From the NCBI GenBank assembly GCA_964016885.1, contig OZ024743.1:74028001-74092000 (forward strand): a stretch of DNA of 64,000 bases, given 5' to 3'. How positions within the stretch are numbered: position 1 is the first letter of the stretch; each line of letters opens with the position of its first letter. Positions 22,951 to 36,600 of this stretch are shown in pieces. The notes below the pieces were generated by a model that was not told where the DNA came from, did no database searches, and worked only from the letters and a program-made list of their open reading frames with translations. The translations under genes were made by a program, and so were the position numbers. This DNA is from Eledone cirrhosa (taxonomy: Eukaryota).

Positions 22951-23539
22951 AGTTATACGTGTATTCCACTGTTTGATATATCAATGTCATTCTTATGATC
23001 ATGAATCAAATTGATTTCTTAAGATTCCCAAACACGCACATCTATATATCTATGTTCACATCACAGAGAACGATATACTTCAGTGTCAGATAAAGCAGCT
23101 ATATTTCACGTCTCCTAATCTATTGAAGAATCTATTAGATTAATCTCCTTCTAAATTCTTATACACATACTAAGTATATAGACGTATTAAGTAGCTATAT
23201 ATTATTATTATGTGTAGCTATATATATATATTATATATATATATATTATATATAATATATCTTATAACCCCCCCCCATTCTTGAGCGTGAACCTAATACT
23301 AACACTTTGTACTGTACTCCTCGTTTTTGTTTTCTGTTTCAAATTTTATATATACAGAGAGAAGAGAGAGGTTTCTGAAATGTGCAAACATACACACACT
23401 CAAAACAAATGTAATTGTCGGCATATATATATGTACGTGTTTGTATGTGTGTGAGTCTATATGCTTGTATACGTATGTGTAATCTCTCTCTCCCCCTCTT
23501 TCTCTCTCTCTCGCTTCATATATATATTATATATATATT

Positions 23540-23610
<71 letters not shown>

Positions 23611-23714
23611 TACTTTTAATACTAAGTTGAATAATGGTCTCACTATTTCAAATTAATATTTCTCTATCTCGCATTATATATATTGATCCCATTCGACAGC
23701 TTCATTTCAGTATT

Positions 23715-23775
<61 letters not shown>

Positions 23776-24555
23776 GGACTACATGAACATTCAATAAGAG
23801 GTTGTAAATTTTATTTTCTGAGTAGAAAGGCAATTGTGACATTGAAGATTCTGCTTGGCCAGACAAAGTAGATTGATGAATCAACTAAGCTGAAACCTGA
23901 AGGTATCTGCATTCTCTACTCATATTCATATCTACATTTTTTTTTTAATCAAGAAGCGACAAACATAAATGAACTCCAACCAAAACTAAACAGAAAACAT
24001 GAGTGGAACAGTAACAACATCACAACATGTAACTAAGGACAAGATAAAGACATACAGAGACACGCAAAAACCAATCTAATAAAACAAACCAGAAACACAC
24101 AGATAGAATAAGCAGCCAAGTGACAAATAAATAAACGTATAAATAAATAAATAAATAAATAAATAAAGACACACACACATGAATATAACGCATGCGTAAC
24201 CCAAGTATACAGCCAACACACAACTCACAATAAGAAGATGGTGGAGGACAGAACAAAGGAGAGATACAAAATAACAAATTAGTCACTGAGGCGGGTCACA
24301 GAATGTGTGACGAAAGAGTTTTGACAATACACAAATAAATAACCACCCGGTTATTAAACTAACCAACTGGAAATTTATAATAAATCGAACGAAAAACCAA
24401 CAGGAGTGTGTGTTTTTATTGGTAGCATGATTCTCCCAAATTAACAACACACACATATACACTCATATATATATATATATATATAGTACGTTATTCCGGG
24501 TTGAATCGGAGGTAACCACAGTAAGTAAGGTACTCAATACATTGCAGAGTATAAA

Positions 24556-24827
<272 letters not shown>

Positions 24828-24856
24828 CGTGTGTGTGTAAATAATCTATATATATA

Positions 24857-24955
<99 letters not shown>

Positions 24956-25145
24956 TAAACAAATAATGAATAAACAATTCCTTATATTAAACAAAAAAAG
25001 TTCATTATTTAACGATCGTTTCTAGGATATATATGTGTTAGAGTTGGCATGCATATTCAACAGATCTATGTACAAAATTATACAAAATTATACAAACTAT
25101 CAAGATTAAATATACATACCAACACATATATACGCCGTCTTCAGA

Positions 25146-25197
<52 letters not shown>

Positions 25198-25206
25198 ATA
25201 CTTGAG

Positions 25207-25274
<68 letters not shown>

Positions 25275-25476
25275 ATACTTGGGGAGGGTCATATTTGTGT
25301 ATATATTGCCAGAATTAATAACAGAACACACTCACTGTTTAGTTGGTTTTCGCTTTTCGCTTCTGTGTCTTTTATATCGGTAATCTAATTTATTCGGTCC
25401 TCAATGTTGCCATTGACTGACCAACGGTCAAAAATAATACAGATACAATATAGACACAAACACATATATATAGTTT

Positions 25477-25518
25477 ATCAAAGTTCTTTCGTTGCACATC
25501 TGCAACATCGTCAGTGGT
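25477..25518 (-). ncRNA. Degenerate minimal hammerhead motif at the 3' end of a PLE remnant
   Basis: ACCA-CTGACGA-t-GTTGCAgatgTGCAAC-GAAA-GAAC-TT-TGAT: strong stem II, weak stem I. Confidence 0.55.
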
Positions 25519-26765
25519 GCTATTTATTTATTTATCTATTTATTTATTTATTTATTATACTTCTCTTAGGTCAGTGTTGTTTGTTTGGGTGCTTGTTGTT
25601 ATTCCATTCATTCTTTCTGTTTAGTCTTGGCCTTCTAAGTTCTATTTCATTGGCCTCTCTGATTTGCCTATCTGCTGGGTCATTTCTATGTTTAGATATT
25701 ATTCTTATTTCTATGTTGTCTATGTTACCGTAGTGTTGTTGTCTGGCATGTTCGATAGTACTGAACGTTTTTCCGTCCTTTTAGTTCCCCCCAGTGTTGT
25801 CTATCCTTTCACCTATGCTACGAGCTGTCCTCGCCTATGTATGTGTTGTCATGTTTCTGCAAGTACCCTCTGTACATCTTATGCTATAGACTACGTTTTT
25901 AGTTTTACAGTTTATCTGGGGTGTTTACCTTACATATGATACATTTCCTATTAGTACAGTGGGTTTTCTTAAAGGGAAACGTTTTGCTGATCAGGGATTT
26001 TATGGTGGTTGCTGGCTTTTCTACCACCTAACTTTAAATGGGTCTTTCTCATGGCCTTTCTACACTGGTTAACTAATTTCCCTCAGGGGTAGCGTCCACA
26101 AACATGATACTCTGGTATCTCTGGTTGTCGTACCATGAGGTGGCTTTCCCTATCTTATGTCTAACCCTATCTAAGCTATTCCATGATTTGCTCCTGTATA
26201 ATGGGCAATTCCTTTCATGTCGAGTTCTATGAGGGTCTTATACTTCTCCATGGCTCCTCGTATACTCTGACTCTGTCTCTTTGGTTGTAGCCAGAGAACT
26301 GCATGCGGTTGATGAAGTTTTGGATGTGTTCTTTCCATTTCTTTTGGGTCGCACATGCGGGACACATTCTTCATCACTCGTACCAAATCTGCGATCAGAA
26401 TATTAAACTTAGCACTACTGGACATTGCTGAGTTTTTGAGTATCAGGTATTTGGAGGCATGGGTTTAGCATAGTGTGAGTGGAGAATTTGGGCTCTCTCG
26501 TCTATAGTGTTAATCCAGAGTTCCGTGTCTAATACAGGTATGTCTATTGTTAGGGTGTTTGGAAGGGTATCGATAGTTACAGTTTTACTCTGGTGTATGG
26601 AATTAGATCTCTGCTGGATACTTTCCATTGTGCTACGTTCTAAATCAAACTTGTTAATGCTCTCTAGTGGGGATGTTCTTATAACCATATTGATATCGTC
26701 TACGTAACGAGAGTACATGATGAGGTCAATGTTATAACAATATTTGTTTCGACACACGATTTCAT
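25477..26765 (-). mobile_element. Decayed Penelope-like element (Neptune-like): RT C-terminal half, GIY-YIG and hammerhead
   Basis: YSRYVDDINMV...IPVLDTELW...HSHYAKPM...SAMSSSAKFNILIADLVRVMKN; downstream NVVYSIRCTEGTC...YIGE.ARSIGERI, with frameshifts. Confidence 0.8.
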
Positions 26766-26781
26766 ATAAAAAACCTCGCAA

Positions 26782-26867
<86 letters not shown>

Positions 26868-26966
26868 TATTGAAGTTTCCGTTGAAAATTGAAAAAGTCA
26901 TAGGAGTGAAGAGTGCTCTATGTAAGTACCAGAGCAAAATTTAATGCATAATAAACAATACAATAT

Positions 26967-27044
26967 AATACCTCATTACCAGAGGTTTCCCGAATAAGAC
27001 GAATACAAAAAAACGTCCTCATTCGTTCGTCGGACAAGGCAATT
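26967..27044 (-). ncRNA. Variant-core hammerhead motif (mirror copy)
   Basis: Reverse complement of 27471-27548 with small loop differences; the core is CCGACGA in both copies. Confidence 0.6.
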
Positions 27045-27470
27045 TAAAACAGTGAAATATTTGAAAAGTCTCCTCAAGAAATGCAAGAGTTTAACGGGCA
27101 AAAAATATATAAATAAAAGTAATGCAAGAGATATATAAAAAAAATATAAGGAAATATAGTTAGGGTATGTGTATAAGTATGTATATACACTCACAAATGT
27201 ATATATTATATACGTATTTGTGGTCACATATACACAAATATACTTGCACTCATATATGTACTTACGCACACATTTTCACCATACACAAGCATTTGTACAT
27301 ACACACATATGTACATTTGTGAGTGTATATACATACTTATACACATACCCTAACTATATTTCCTTATATTTTTTTTATATATCTCTTGCATTACTTTTAT
27401 TTATATATTTTTTGCCCATTAAACTCTTGTATTTCTTGAGGAGACTTTTCAAATATTTCATTATGTTTTA

Positions 27471-27548
27471 AATTGCCTTGTCCGACGAACGAATGAGGAC
27501 GTTTTTCGTATTCGTCTTATTCGGGAAACCTCTGGTAATGAGGTAATT
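27471..27548 (+). ncRNA. Type I hammerhead motif with non-canonical CCGACGA core
   Basis: Stem I AATTGCCTTGT/ATGAGGTAATT (11 pairs including 3 G-U), CCGACGA, stem II CGAATGAGGACG/CGTCTTATTCG, GAAA, stem III CC-tct-GG, GUA triplet. Confidence 0.65.
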
Positions 27549-28059
27549 ATATTGTATTGTTTATTATACATTATATATATATATAAATCAAAAATGGCGA
27601 GCTGTGTTGTTGCATTTAAGTATTATATATATATTATGTGTTGATAAAGAATATAGATATTTAGTATATCACATTTAATAATAATATTAATATCAATATT
27701 ATTTTTATTATTAGATTATATTGGTGTCGATAAAAGAATGTGAATGCTCTGTTATCTAGTAGGACGTCAGAAAACTGTTGTGGTTATTACGTCAAACATT
27801 TACAGTTTCCTGCAATGCTGCAAGATTGGAAGATAACTTGATGTTGTTATTGTTTTTGTATTTGCCACAGATGATGGCTGAACGGCTAGAGTTACAGCTC
27901 TGGTCAGTCTTATGTTTTATATATTTGCAGTACATTGTCCAAAGTGCCCTGCCTTTTTGAAAACGATACGATGATATCTGAGTGAAAGTTTTTCTGTTTT
28001 TTTCTTTATTCTTGCAGTCTATACAACCATGTGAAAGCTTCACAATTGAGTCGTGTATT

Positions 28060-30537
28060 CATATATACATATATACAACAGAAGTGTGTTTACATATATA
28101 CATATATAAAACAGAAGTGTGTTTACATATATACATATATACAACAGAAGTGTGTTTACATATATACATATATACAACAGAAGTGTGTTTACATATATAT
28201 ATATATACAACAGAAGTGTGTTTACATATATACATATATACAACAGAAGTGTGTTTACATATATACATATATACAACAGAAGTGTGTTTACATATATACA
28301 TATATACAACAGAAGTGGGTTTACATATATACATATATACAATAAATGTGTTTTACATATACACGTATATACAGCAAAAGTATGTTTACATATATACATA
28401 TATACAACAGAAGTGTGTTTACATATATACATATATACAGCAGAAGTGTGTTTACATATATACATATATACATATATACAGCAGAAGTGTGATTACATAT
28501 ATACAACAGAAGTGTGTTTACATATATACATATATACATATATACAGCAGAAGTGTGATTACATATATACAGCAGAAGTGTGTTTACATATATACATATA
28601 TAGAGCAGAAGTGTGTTTACATATATTCATATATATAACAGAAGTGTGTTTACATATATACATATATATACAACAGAGGTGTGTTTACATATATACATAT
28701 ACACAACAGAAGTGTATTTACATATATACATATATACAACAGAAGTGTGTTTACATATATACATATATATACAACAGAGGTGTGTTTACATATATACATA
28801 TATACGACAGAAGTGTATTTACATATATATATATATAATTTGTCACCAAAACTATGTCGTCGGCAAACTCAGCATCCGATACCTTTTTCGCCCTAACTCT
28901 CCTGCTCTGAGCCAGTGCTACAGTAAAGCCAGAGTCCTGGTTTTTCTCCACTGCAAGGCGCATACAATAGTCCACTACGATGATAAAAAGGTAGGGAGCC
29001 AATGTATCTCCCTGGAGCACTCGAGCCAGTATCTCAAAGGACTCTGTGATCCCATCAGGTGTAATGACTTGGGCTTTGGTGTTGGTGAAGAGCAGTGATA
29101 TCAGGTCCACTATCTTCTTGGGGATTCCAGACATCCAGAGTTGACATTGCACTCAGTGCTCCTTTGGGAGCCCCTACATGGACACACTAGAAGAGGAAGG
29201 CCAAGGTTAACGTATGTTGATGCCCCAAGGACAGACACTAGTCTGTTGGAGACGCAGGACATGGCAGCGATAATGAGGAACAGAGACCGCTGGAGAGAAC
29301 TCGGCCATGGATCTCGGGAATTTTACCCGCCTTAGAATAGAATAGAATATATATAAACAGAAGTGTATTTACATATATACATATATACAACAGAAGTGTG
29401 TTTACATATATACATATATACAGCAGAAGTGTGTTTACATATATACATATATACAACAGAAGTGTGTTTACATATATACATATATACAACAGAAGTGTGT
29501 TTACATATTTACATATATACAACAGAACTGTGTTTACATATATACATATATACAGCAGGAGTGTGTTTACATATATACATATATACAACAGAAGTGTGTT
29601 TACATATATACATATATACAACAGAAGTGTGTTTACATATATACATATATACAGCAGAAGTGTGTTTACATATATACATATATACAGCATAAGTGTGTTT
29701 ACATATATACAACAGAGGTGTGTTTACATATATACATATAAAGAGCAGAAGTGTGTTTACATATATACATATATACAACAGAAGTGTGTTTACATATATA
29801 CATATATACAGCAGAAGTGTGTTTACATATATACATATATACAGCATAAGTGTGTTTACATATATACAACAGAGGTGTGTTTACATATATACATATAAAG
29901 AGCAGAAGTGTGTTTACATATATACATATATACAACGGAAGTGTGTTTACACATATACATATATACAACAGAAGTGTGTTTGCATATATACATATATACA
30001 ACAGAAGTGTGTTTACATATATACATATATACAACAGAAGTGTGTTTACATATATACATATATAGAACAGAAGTGTGTTTACATATATACATATATACAA
30101 CAGAAGTGTGTTTACATATATACATATATACAGCATAAGTGTGTTTACATATATACAACAGAGGTGTGTTTACATATATACATATAAAGAGCAGAAGTGT
30201 GTTTACATATATACATATATACAACGGAAGTGTGTTTACATATATACATATATACAACAGAAGTGTGTTTACATATATACATATATACAACAGAAGTGTG
30301 TTTACATATATACATATATACAACAGAAGTGTGCTTACATATATACATATATACAACAGAAGTGTGTTTACATATATACATATATACAGCAGAAGTGTGT
30401 TTACATATATACATATATACAGCAGGAGTGTGTTTACATATATACATATATACAACAGAAGTGTGTTTACATATATACATATATACAACAGAAGTGTGTT
30501 TACATATATACATATATACAGCAGAAGTGTGTTTACA
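28060..30537. repeat. 33-bp minisatellite array (ACAACAGAAGTGTGTTTACATATATACATATAT)
   Basis: Tandem units give 11-aa periodic spurious ORFs (TTEVCLHIYIY); interrupted by an RTE insert. Confidence 0.95.
28837..29350. mobile_element. RTE-clade LINE fragment with 5' inversion
   Basis: 28837-29140 (-): GIPKKIVDLI...VLQGDTLAPYLFIIVVDY...EFADDIVL. 29141-29335 (+): VLLWEPLHGHTRRGRPRLTYVD...RDRWR, followed by a (TAGAA)n tail. Confidence 0.85.
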
Positions 30538-30639
30538 GTAAGTTTGGTTCTGTTTACAAATAATATTTCATCCTTGAATATTACGTACATGAAACATTTA
30601 TCAGTGTCAATAAGAAACTACCCTGTATTCATAATGTCT

Positions 30640-33600
30640 ATACCAATTTTGTGACAGTTATTGTCTAAATAATATCTGTACCATTTTTGTGACAGTGATT
30701 GTCTAAGTAATGATGTACCACTTTTGTGACAGTGATTGTCTAAATATTGTCTACATCACATTTGTGATAGTGATTGTCTAAATAACGTGTATACCACTTA
30801 TGTGACAGTGATTGTCTAAATAATGTCTATACCACTTTTGTGATAGTGATTGTCTAAATAATGTCTATACCACTTTTGTGACAGTGATTGTCTAAATAAT
30901 GTGTCTAACACTTTTGTGACAGTGATTGTCTAAATAATGTGTCTAACACTTTTGTGACGATGATTGTCTAAATAATGTTCGTACCACCTTTGTGACAGTG
31001 ATTGTCTAAATAATGTGTCTACCACTATTGTGACAGTGATTGTCTAAATAATGTCTGTACCAGTTTTGTGACAGTGATTGTCTAAATAATGTCTATACCA
31101 CTTTTGTGACAGTGATTGTCTAAATATTGTTTATATCACCTTTGTGACAGTGATTGTCTAAATAATGTCTGTACCACTTTTGTGACAGTGATTGTCTAAA
31201 TAAAGTGTCTACCACTTTTGTGACGGTGATTGTATAAATAATGTCTATACCACTTTTGGGAGAGTGATTGTCTAAATAATATCTATATCACTTTTGTGAC
31301 AGTGATTGTCTAAATAATGTGCCTACCACTTTTGTGACAGTGATTGTCTAAATAATGTCTATACCAGGTTTCTGACAGTGATTGTCTAAATGATGTCTAT
31401 ACTACTTTTGTGACAGTGATTGTATAAATGATGTCTATACTACTTTTGTGACAGTGATTGTCTAAATAATGTGTATATCACTTTTGTGATAGTGATTGTC
31501 TAAATAACGTCTATACCACTTATGTGACAGTGATTGTCTAAATAATGTCTATACCACATTTGTGATAGTGATTGTCTAAATAATGTCTATACCACTTTTG
31601 TGACAGTGATTGTCTAAATAATGTGTCTAACACTTTTGTGACAATGATTGTCTAAATAATGTGTCTACCACTTTTGTGACGATGATTGTCTAAATAATGT
31701 TCGTACCACCTTTGTGACAGTGATTGTCTAAATAATGTGTCTACCACTATTGTGACAGTGATTGTCTAAATAATGTCTGTACCAGTTTTGTGACAGTGAT
31801 TGTCTAAATAATGTCTATACCACTTTTGTGACAGTGATTGTCTAAATATTGTTTATGTCACCTTTGTGACAGCGATTGTCTTAATAATGTCTGTACCACT
31901 TTTGTGACAGTGATTGTCTAAATAAAGTGTCTACCACTTTTGTGACAGTGATTGTCTACATAATGTCTATACCACTTTTGTCACAGTGATTGTCTAAATA
32001 ATTTAGCTACCACTATTGTGACAGTGATTGTCTAAATAATGTATGTACCACTTTTGTGACAATGATTGTCTAAATAATGTCTATATCACTTTTGTGACTG
32101 TGATTGTCTAAATAATATCCATACCACTTTTGTGACAGTGATTGTCTAAATAATGTTACTACCCGTTTTGTGACAGTGACTGTCTAAATAATGTTACTAC
32201 CCCTTTTATGTTAGTGATTGTCTAAATAATGTCTGTACCACTTTTGTGACAATGATTGTCTAAATAATGTCCGTACCACTTTTGTGACACTGATTGTCTA
32301 AATAATGTCTATCTCACTTTTGTGACTGATTGTCTAAATAACGTCTATACCACTTATGTGACAGTGATTGTCTAAATAATGTCTATATCACTTGTGTGAC
32401 GATGATTGTCTAAATAATGTGTCTAGCACTTTTGTGAGAGTGATTGTCTAAATAATGTATATAACCCTTTTGTGACAATGATTGTCTAAATAATATCTGT
32501 ATCACTTTTGTGACAGTGATTGTCTAAATAATGTGTCTACCACTTTTGTGACGGTGATTGTATAAATAATGTCTATACCACTTTTGGGAGAGTGATTGTC
32601 TAAATAATATCTATATCACTTTTGTGACAGTGATTGTCTAAATAATGTGCCTACCACTTTTGTGACAGTGATTGTCTAAATGATGTCTATACTACTTTTG
32701 TGACAGTGATTGTATAAATGATGCCTATACTACTTTTGTGACAGTGATTGTCTAAATAATGTGTATATCACTTTTGTGATAGTGATTGTCTAAATAACGT
32801 CTATACCACTTATGTGACAGTGATTGTCTAAATAATGTCTATACCACATTTGTGATAGTGATTGTCTAAATAATGTCTATACCACTTTTGTGACAGTGAT
32901 TGTCTAAATAATGTGTCTAACACTTTTGTGACAATGATTGTCTAAATAATGTGTCTACCACTTTTGTGACGATGATTGTCTAAATAATGTTCGTACCACC
33001 TTTGTGACAGTGATTGTCTAAATAATGTGTCTACCACTATTGTGACAGTGATTGTCTAAATAATGTCTGTACCAGTTTTGTGACAGTGATTGTCTAAATA
33101 ATGTCTATACCACTTTTGTGACAGTGATTGTCTAAATATTGTTTATGTCACCTTTGTGACAGCGATTGTCTTAATAATGTCTGTACCACTTTTGTGACAG
33201 TGATTGTCTAAATAAAGTGTCTATCACTTTTGTGACAGTGATTGTCTACATAATGTCTATACCACTTTTGTCACAGTGATTGTCTAAATAATTTAGCTAC
33301 CACTATTGTGACAGTGATTGTCTAAATAATGTATGTACCACTTTTGTGACAATGATTGTCTAAATAATGTCTATATCACTTTTGTGACTGTGATTGTCTA
33401 AATAATATCCATACCACTTTTGTGACAGTGATTGTCTAAATAATGTTACTACCCGTTTTGTGACAGTGACTGTCTAAATAATGTTACTACCCCTTTTATG
33501 TTAGTGATTGTCTAAATAATGTCTGTAACACTTTTGTGACAATGATTGTCTAAATAATGTCCGTACCACTTTTGTGACACTGATTGTCTAAATAATGTCT

Positions 33601-36600
33601 ATCTCACTTTTGTGACTGATTGTCTAAATAACGTCTATACCACTTATGTGACAGTGATTGTCTAAATAATGTCTATATCACTTGTGTGACGATGATTGTC
33701 TAAATAATGTGTCTAGCACTTTTGTGAGAGTGATTGTCTAAATAATGTCTATAACCCTTTTGTGACAATGATTGTCTAAATAATATCTGTATCACTTTTG
33801 TGACAGTGATTGTCTAAATAATGTGTCTACCACTTTTGTGACGGTGATTGTATAAATAATGTCTATACCACTTTTGGGAGAGTGATTGTCTAAATAATAT
33901 CTATATCACTTTTGTGACAGTGATTGTCTAAATAATGTCTATACCAGGTTTCTGACAGTGATTGTCTAAATAGTATCTATATCACTTTTGTGACAGTTAT
34001 TGTGTAAATAATGTGCCTACCACTTTTGTGATAGTGATTCTCTAAATGATGTCTATACTACTTTTGTGACAGTGATTGTCTAAATAATGTGTATATCACT
34101 TTTGTGACAGTGATTGTCTAAACAATGTCTATAACACCTTTGTGACAGTGATTGTCAAATATAATATCTATACCACTTTTGTGACAGTGATTGTCTAAAT
34201 ATTGTTTATATCACCTTCGTGACAGTGATTGTCTAAATAATGTCTATACAACTTTTGTGACAGTTATTGTCTAAATAATATCTGTACCATTTTTGTGACA
34301 GTGATTGTCTAAGTAATGATGTACCACTTTTGTGACAGTGATTGTCTAAATGATGTGTATACCCCTTTTGTGACAGTGATTATCTAAATAATGTGTCTAC
34401 CACTTTTGTGACAGCGATTGTCTAAATAATGTGTCTACCACTTTTGTTGTAGTGATTGTCTAAATAACGTCTATACGATTTATGTGACAGTGATTGTCTA
34501 AATAATGTCTATACCACTTTTGAGACAGTGATTGTCTAAATAATGTCTATACAACTTTTGCGACGGTGGTTGGCTAAATAATGTATGTACCACTTTTGTA
34601 ACAGTGATTGTCTGAAACATGTCTATACCACTTTTGTGACAGTGATTGTCTAAATAATGTCTCTACCACTTTTGTGACAGTAATTGTCTAAATAATGTGT
34701 ATATCACTTTTGTGACAGTGATTGTCTAAATAATGTCTGTACAACTTTTGTGACAGTGATTGTCTAAATAATGTCTGTACCACTTTTGTGACAGTGATTG
34801 TCTAAGTAATGTCTGTACCAATTTTGTGACAGTGATTGTCTAAATGATGTGTCTACCACTTTTGTGACAGTGATTATCTAAATAATGTGTCTACCACTTT
34901 TGTGACAGTGATTGTCTGAATAATGTATCTACCACTTTTGTGACAGTGATTGTCTAAATAATGTTACTACCCCTTTTGTGACAGTGATTGTCTAAATAAT
35001 GTCTACCACTTTTCTGACAGTGATTGTCTGAAAAATGTCTATACCACTTTTGTGACAGTGATTGTCTAAATAATGTTACTACCCCTTTTGTGACAGTGAT
35101 TGTCTAAATAATGTCTACCACTTTTCTGACAGTGGTTGTCTGAAAAATGTTACTACCCCTTTTATGTTAGTGATTGTCCAAATAATGTCTATACCACTTT
35201 TGTAACAGTGATTGTCTAAATAATGTCGGTACCACTTTTGTGACAATGATTGTCTAAATAATGTCCGTACCACATTTGTAACACTGATTGTCTAAATAAT
35301 GTCTATATTACTTTTGTGACAATGATACTCTAAATAACGTCTATACCACTTATATGACAGTGATTGTCTAAATAATGTTTCTACAACTTTTGTGACAGTC
35401 ATTGTCTAAATAATGTCTATAACCCTTTTGTGACAATGATTGTCTTAATAATATCTGTATCACTTTTGTGACAGTGATTGTCTAAATAATGTGTCTACCA
35501 CTTTTGTGACGGTGATTGTATAAATAATGTCTATACCACCTTTGGGAGAGTGATTGTCTAAATAATATCTATATCACTTTTGTGACAGTGATTGTCTAAA
35601 TAATGTGCCTACCACTTTTGTGAAAGTGATTGTCTAAATAATGTCTATACCACGTTTCTGATAGTGATTGTCTAAATTGTATCTATATCACATTTGTGAC
35701 AGTGATTGTCTAAATAATGTGCCTACCACGTTTGTGACAGTGATTGTCTAAATAATGTCTATACCACTTTTGTGACAGTGATTGTCTAAACAATGTCTAT
35801 AACACCTTTGTGCCAGTGATTGTCTAAATAATATCTATACCACTTTTGTGACAGTGATTGTCTAAATATTGTTTATATTACCTTTGTGACAGTGATTGTC
35901 TAAATAATGTTGGTACCACTTTTGCGACAGTGATTGTCTAAATAATGTGTATATCACGTTTGTGACAGTGATTGTCTAAAAAATGTCTATACAACTTTTG
36001 TGACAGTTATTGTCTAAATAATGTCTGCACCACTTTTGTGACTGTGATTGTCTAAGTAATGTCTCTACCCCTTTTGTGACAGCGATTGACTAAATAATGT
36101 GTCTACCACTTTTGTGACAGTGATTGTCTAAATAATATGTCTACCTCTTTTGTGACAGTGATTGTCTAAATAATGTGTCTACCACTTTTATGACAATGAT
36201 TGTCGAAATAATGTCTATACAACTTTTGCGACAGTGGTTGGCTAAATAATGTCTGTACCACTTTTGTGACAGTGATTGTCTGAAAAATGTCTATACCACT
36301 TTTGTGACAATGATTGTCTAAATGATGTGTCTACCACTTTTGTGACAGTGATTATCTAAATAATGTGTCTACCACTTTTGTGACAGTGATTGTCTGAATA
36401 ATGTATCTACCACTTTTGTGACAGTGATTGTCTAAATAATGTTACTACCCCTTTTGTGACAGTGATTGTCTAAATAATGTCTACCACTTTTCTGACAGTG
36501 ATTGTCTGAAAAATGTCTATACCACTTTTGTGACAGTGATTGTCTAAATAATGTGTCTACCACTTTTGTGACAGTGATTCTCTAAATAATGTCTATACCA

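Larger units (their letters stand above)
26942..27573. mobile_element. Foldback of two inverted ~260-bp PLE-type pLTRs, each carrying a hammerhead motif
   Basis: 26942-27201 is the reverse complement of 27312-27573 (few differences), with a ~110-bp spacer and no ORF. Confidence 0.8.
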
